DNA of 64,000 bases from the human T2T-CHM13v2.0 reference genome, Homo sapiens: assembly GCF_009914755.1 (NCBI RefSeq), contig NC_060926.1, one strand, 5' to 3'. The translations under genes were made by a program, and so were the position numbers. The notes beneath the pieces were generated by a model. The model did not search any database. It saw only the letters and a program-made list of their open reading frames with translations, and was not told the DNA's origin. This document shows, piece by piece, positions 57,396 to 64,000 of this stretch. Positions within the stretch are counted from its first letter, which is position 1, and each line of letters begins with the position of its first letter.

Positions 57396-58802
57396 GATCT
57401 TTTATCCTACTAAAGCCCTCCACTGTTTCCTGCTTGCTCAGCATTTTTGCATACCAGTGCCTTTTACTGCCTTCTCCTGGAAGAATATATAGATTGCATT
57501 TGGATCTGTGAAGTTGCTGAGTAGTCTGACAAGGTCTTTTTGTAAAGGGTTGTGTGCTGTATATAATAAATACTACAACCCTCCCTGGCATCTCTCACCA
57601 ATTCTTGTACGGTTGAGTAATAATTATGTGGGCATAGTCATAACACCCCAAATGCCAATTCCGCCTTGAGAGTTTCCCAAAAGAATGAGCTGAAATACTG
57701 GGGGAAAAAAGGAAAAAAAACCACATTTTTTCAAAGGAAATTTTTGGGAAATGGAGCAATATGTCAAGCTTAGGTATATGGCAGGCCAATGAACTTTTTT
57801 TTCCAGCCAGCTCTGTATAGTGTCTTGATTCTATTGCTACACAGAGCAGCAGGCCTATACCTTTCCTAATATCTCTACAGCTTTCATTTTTCTCTTCCCC
57901 TGCACATGTCAAGTTCATGAAAAGTTAAACATTTCTCCTTCCCAAGTGATTTTCTTCGGTAGAAAAAGTCACAAAAATTCACAGGAGGAAGGGTGAGTCA
58001 ATATTATTTGTAATGCCATAGAAAGTACATACTTGTGGTGCAACCCTATGCTTATCATATAAATGCAATCACTGTACACAAGGCTCACATGAATGGGAAC
58101 AGTTAAATGGTGAGATATTAGAAAAACACACACAGAAATTCTTCAACTCAGCCAATCCCCAATAATCCACACTTTAATCACCCTATCTTTGTACTAAGCT
58201 TTGCTCTCTGAATGAATCCAGAATAAGTCCACTACTCCTGACTATGCTTACAGAGCTACATCTTACAGACAACACAATTAGGTTGCAAAGCAGTATGATG
58301 TCTATTATAAAATCTTTGGGAAAAAATCAATATCAATACAACATCAGTATGGCCACTCATATTTTAATATGGCATATTCTTTACCGTAGAGAACAAACAT
58401 TGTCCAAATTTCCATACATATAGAGATGCTAAAATAGAAATGAACTTCTATTTAAAAGAAATAGAAAAGCCTTTTACCAAACTTAAAGCTTCAAACTGCT
58501 GTGTCTGATGTATATTAATAAAATATTAGTATTAGAAGATTTCTAGTTCAATCTTCTGATATTACAGATAATGGAAAGAGCATAAATGGAGTTGAGGATT
58601 TGACCATCATTGCCTAGTAGTTAGCAGAGAATCTAAAGTATAGACCACAGCCTGCATTCAACTAGTAACTAATATAGCAATCTAAATAGCCTTACCACAT
58701 TTTCTAGTCAAGACCATCACTGGGAATCGCCTGTATTGAATTGAAAATCTTGTTTTTCTGCCATAACCTATGCATCCCAAGCATATAAAACCTGTACATT
58801 TG

Positions 58803-59385
58803 TATGGTAGACAGGTTCTGAAATGATCTCCTATGATATCTTCCTTTTGGCATTCAGACTTCTGGGTAACCCTCTCCCCATGAATGGGCAGGAACTGTCA
58901 CTTTGTTCTAACTAATAGAATACAGAATGATGGGATGTAACTTTCCCTTCTGTGTTGCTGTATTACATACAATTGTGTATTCCATACTATTGTGACTTTT
59001 GTTTTTTCTGATAGACTATCTCCTTTACTGGCTTTTATGAAGCCAACTGCCCTATGGAAGAGCCCACATGGCAAGGAACTGAAGACTACCTCTGACAGCC
59101 AGCAAAAAATTTAGGCCCCAAGTCACATGGCCTGCAAGGAAGTGAATCCTTTCAACACCAACTTAAGTGAGCTTGAAATAGGATTCTTTCACAGCCAGAT
59201 CTTCAGATAACATATTAGCACAAGTCAGCAACTGGATTGAAGCCTTGTGGGGAACCCGAGGCAGAAGACCTAGCTAAGCCATGTCTGGTCTTCTAACCCA
59301 CAGCAACGGTAGGGTAATGAGTATGTGCTATTTTAAGCTGCTAAATTTGTGATAATTTGTTATGTACCAATAGATAACTAATACA
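58803..59385 (+). mobile_element. MLT1 (MLT1E/F-like) solo LTR
   Basis: CCCACATGGCAAGGAACTGA; 3' end TTTTAAGCTGCTAAATTTG..AATAGATAACTAATACA; near-TSD ATTTG/ATATG. Confidence 0.88.
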
Positions 59386-59923
59386 ATATGCTTCTGATTA
59401 AAACAGCAGTGCATAATGTTTAAAAGACGTAAATCAAGCAAATATAATTTCCATATAGGAACATTAAAATTTTTCACATCTTAAGGATACGTTAAAATCA
59501 GAATCATGAAATCCATATTAGGATTACAATAAAACAATATTGCAACATTGAACCAGTAAGAACAATAATCAAATGGAGTGAATAAGAAAAGAAAATTACA
59601 ATTGCATTGCAAAATATGTTTGCACGCAATGTAATGGTTCTTTGAGTGCTACTCCCTACTTGGCTATATTGCTCTCTTTTTGAAGTGCTCAGATAACACC
59701 TCCAGGAAGCCATCTCTGGCCTCCATAACCCATGTATGGCTTTGTCCTCATCACAAAACCATACATGGGTTCTGCAGGTCAGAGATGGCTTGCTGTTTTT
59801 GTCACTTACATAGCACTTACTATACATTATTAATACTGCTGGTGGGGTCACAGACATATCTTGTTTCCTAAGTTTGGCTGCTAACTTCCTGAGGGCGTGT
59901 ATGATACCTTTTATCTCTCTCTA

Positions 59924-60355
59924 TGCTATAGTTTGGATATTTGACCCTCCAAACCTCATATTTAAATTTGTTTCCTAATGTAGGAGGTGAGACCTAACAG
60001 GAGGTGTTTGGGTCATGGTGCCAGAACCCTCCTGAATAGCTTGGTGCTGTCCTTGCAGTAATAATGAGTTATTGCTCTACTAGTTCCTGCAAGAGTTCCT
60101 CTGAGAATTGGTTATTAAAAGCAGTCTGGAACCTTCCCACTCACCCTTGCTCCCTCTCTTGCCAAATGATCTGCATTCACTGGCTCCTTTTCACTTTCCA
60201 CTATGATTGGAAACTTTTGAGGCCCCCAGCAAAAGCAGATATTGATGCCATGCTTCTTGTATAGCCTGTAGAATGATGAGCCAAATAAACCTCTTACCTT
60301 TATAAATTACTCAGCCTAAGGCATTTCTTTATAACAACACAACTGAACTAAGACA
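59924..60355 (+). mobile_element. MSTB-like MaLR solo LTR nested in an L2 3' end
   Basis: TG..CA ends (TGCTATAGTTTGG..ACTAAGACA), exact 5-bp TSD CTCTA, AATAAA signal. Confidence 0.92.
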
Positions 60356-60615
60356 CTCTACTTCCAGCATACTATACAGTAATTTATGACATAAACGGTA
60401 CACAAAAATCTGTCTTTGTAGACAGTGCTGATGTTGACAATAGAAATAATTCATGTCCCTTCTATGTAAGAAGGAAATTGAATTATCAAAAATTTTAAAG
60501 ACAAGAGGAAACCCATTTGCAATATAGTGGCAGAAAATTAAGTAGTGTGGCTAGCATTGTCATGCCCAGAGCCCTCTTTGGCACAACTTCATTTCCAATC
60601 ACCTAGTCAGTCATC

Positions 60616-60745
60616 TGTATATACACACATTATATAAATATATAGTCTGTATATGTATATAATGTGTGTATATGTATACATTATATAGTCTGTGTGTATA
60701 TATATATAACGTGTGTGTGTGTATATATATATGTGTGTGTGTATA

Positions 60746-60787
<42 letters not shown>
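60616..60787. repeat. Compound (TA)n/(TG)n microsatellite
   Basis: Alternating TG and TA blocks ending in a pure TA run. Confidence 0.96.
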
Positions 60788-61389
60788 ACATAGTTGTAAA
60801 ATCAACTTTGGAAAAAGATATGCTAGATCCTCTGAGCAATTATTGATTTTTTTGACATTTATGCAGGTAATCAGATTAATACTTTGCCCCATCTTTAAAT
60901 TCTATGATAGCTTTGTGACCCTGACATGTGTGAGATGTGCTTCTGGGTAACATTTTACCAATATGACCTTATTGTTAAGCATCAACTTCTACTGCTTGAA
61001 GTCAGAAATTTTAACAGGTGAAGCACATGAAATAGGTTGATAGATTGATATCTCAATCCTGATGCTAATGTACTTAAACACAGGAAAATTCATGAACGAT
61101 ATAGGGAATACATGTAACTACTGATTATTTCTTTTGAAGGTCAGTCTCCTCTGATTATTTGAATCCCTTGAAATTTTATAAAGTTAATTTTTCTACCTTA
61201 ATATCAAATCATATTTATTGTAAACCAGATTTAATAAAAATTTTTGGAGTCCAAAAAAAGTTCTTGATAGCAATCAAACATTTACTCCCCCCAGAGCTTC
61301 ATTCTTAGTATGCTGGTGTACTTTATAGAAAATTCAGATCACACGGTAAAGGTAATGTCTGCTTTTTTTTTTTCTCGGAACATTTGCGT

Positions 61390-61740
61390 TAGAATTTTCT
61401 TCTGGCTGGAGCATTCCTCCAATCACTCTGTGTCTGCCTAAATCCTGTTCATCCTTCATGTCTCATCTTAGAAAACAGTCAAGGAAGTCTGACTTTGACT
61501 CTACAAGCATAGTCTTGTGAAACTTTACATTTGTTCTCCTAGCACCTTGCTTTCACTAGACACACTCAACACCACATTTAATTTGTCTGAATCTTTTCTT
61601 TGTTTATTCTATGGCTATACTGTAATCACCTTGAGGGCAAGGCAAATGTCTTACCACTGTATTCCTACAACAGACACAGAGCTAGCCATGTAATAAAGCG
61701 GAAATATTCAGTAATTGAATAACTGGGGTGAATGAGTGGT
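61390..61740 (+). mobile_element. L2 3' end
   Basis: CTGGAGCATTCCTCC..TCATCCTTCA..CTGTAATCACCTTGAGGGCAAGG..TGAATGA. Confidence 0.7.
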
Positions 61741-64000
61741 CTGATTTTATATGCTTTAATGAAATTATGAGTATATTTTATGCTGATTAAATATTGAAAA
61801 TATAATTTTGAATAGCTGTGTAAAGTCCTATCACATGAAGGGACCACTGTTTATTTAGAAAGTTTTTTTTTTAGGCATTGATCATTGATGTTATTTCTAA
61901 TGTTTTGCTATTTTAGATAGTGATTCAGTAGTCAACTTGCAACACAATCCTAATCACTGTTTTTCATGACTTCTTCAGAATAAATTCCTAGAAATAGAAT
62001 AGCTTTCAGGCTCTTGATACTAGACCCTGGCTATTTTTTTGGAGAGATCAGTGATCTATGTTGTTAACAGTGGCAGTTGTTTATTTCTTAAACTTTGCTT
62101 ATTTGAAGTTGATGAGTAGCCTTAGCTCTCATGTTACAGTTATAAAATTTGAATATTCTGTTCATGTATTCATCAGATATTTGTTATAGTAATTTAAATT
62201 TCTTTATTTCTTATACGTATTTGCATTTCTGGTCTCCAGCTTATATGCCTGCCAATATCTCTGATCTGTTTTACTATGGGGGTGGCATTTAGTTTTTGAA
62301 GTCATTTTAATGTCTATAGATTCTACTTCACAATGACAGAAAATGAAAGCTTCTGCATGAGGCCAAGTAGCACATAGATCAAATAGCCACAGGTTCACTA
62401 AAGGACAAATATTTTATTTTACTTTTCAATAATGCACATATGAAGAGTCTGCATTTGCCTCAGATAAGATAAATAATCATTTCTGTGGTAAGATTTAACG
62501 ACAGTAAAAGATGTGTCTGTTGTACTTATCAGCTAATTTCTACCACATCCTGATTTCCCTCTTGAAACTTCTCCATAATTTCTCCTTCCTTAATACTTCT
62601 ATATGGTTTACATAAACTTTGTATGTGACTCATCATATTGCTTTTACACTACAGACTGATTTTTTAGCCCTCTACATTCCCAGGAGGTCACCTTTACAGT
62701 TTTACATATAGCTCATATGTGACATAAGGTTGTTGGAAAAATGAATGAATTGAGTAAATGAGTGAATGAACTACATCAGTTAAGTAATTAAGATGCATGT
62801 CTATCCATTTTGCCATTGCAGAGAGTGGGGATATAAGGGAATAGCAAGTTGCATTTTGATGACTGGCAAACATTAGCAAAAAAGAAAAAAGTCCCTGGCC
62901 TTTGCCTGTTTCTATATATTTTCTAGAACTATCTTAATACCTAATTACCCACTGCCATTGAGGAGTCATTCTTAATATAGAAAAGTTTAAGGTGTGTATC
63001 TATGTTGAGATTGGTTTCCACCCATGGTTTGCCAGATCTTGCTAGTCATTTCATATCCTCAATGAAAACTATTCTTTCAAAGGCATCAATGTGTTGTGGG
63101 ACTGGGGACAACTGCCACAGGCAGACTCAACTTCAGCTGAGTTTCCCTATAAAAATGTGTCTTCCATAGAGAAGCACCAATATGGGAACACCTACTGAGA
63201 GAGAGCATTTACTGACTTGGGATACCAGTTATGGGAGAAACCATCTTTAACTTGTTGCCATCTTTATAATCATTGACTTTAATGAGGGTTTCTCTAGTTG
63301 TCTCCAAGGAATCTGCTCTCTAATCAAGTCTAATTGGTGTTTTCCCTTGAGGTAAGAATTACATACACACAGTAAAGAACATAGTATGCCTAACGATTTT
63401 AGAGAAAAAAAAGAAGTTTTTTAAGAGCAACAAATAAGATTTGGATTAATTTCTATTAAATACTGATCTATCTATAATTTACTTTAAATAATGTTCTTTT
63501 ATAATATCTCAATTTAAAAGATACTCATAATAGGATAATAAAGTACCAGGCATAATGCTGAATTTCAGAAGCATAAAATTGCCTACAACCTTGCATTACT
63601 GCATGAAGATTAGAAAATTGTTATATAATTTTTGCTAGTTTTAAAACCTGGCAAATGTGTTGCAATGAATGTTGTTTTTACTGAAGTATCTCTATTAAGG
63701 CATTACACTATAAAACAAATTTAATTTTCTTTCCCCTTGGATAAAAATGTAAAAAAAGGATAGCATAATGAATAGCTTTGTATTTGATACACAAAATTAA
63801 CATATGATGTCTACGAGTTTTCGTATATGCCTTGGGTCTATTTTGTTAACAGATGTTTATAGAAAGTAGAGCATAATTCTTTATGCTCTACTTCTTTCTT
63901 GCTTCTTCCCATCCTACTTTCTTTATAAATGACAGACACTATTAACATGACTTTTAGATATATCTGGTCCATTTTTTTAATATATCAACAGCTTATATGT

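Noticed and set aside
60611-60950. YI/CV-repeat ORFs
   Set aside because: Microsatellite translations.

Overview
AT-rich, CpG-depleted primate (human-like) genomic DNA, intronic or intergenic. No protein-coding gene, tRNA, rRNA or CRISPR array can be supported. The supplied ORFs are short chance frames or translations of Alu, L1 and microsatellite sequence. The window is a layered repeat landscape: 9 Alu copies, 4 primate L1PA insertions (two with 5' inversions), at least 4 solo MaLR/ERVL LTRs, Tigger/MER DNA-transposon fossils, MIR/L2/old L1 debris and simple repeats. Family names come from my recall of consensus sequences, not from a search. The most notable observations are: a probable AmnSINE1 (Deu-domain) relic at ~57.2-57.4 kb; a ~180-bp, ~82% identical dispersed duplication (48.9 and 50.5 kb) that I cannot assign to a repeat family; a 93-nt frame-preserving candidate exon on the minus strand (3572-3664); a poly(A)-only insertion with a perfect 17-bp TSD; a twin-primed L1 missing ~2.2 kb; and a cluster of palindromic micro-rearrangements at 5.8-6.2 kb. 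I found no convincing evidence for a new multi-component biological system.
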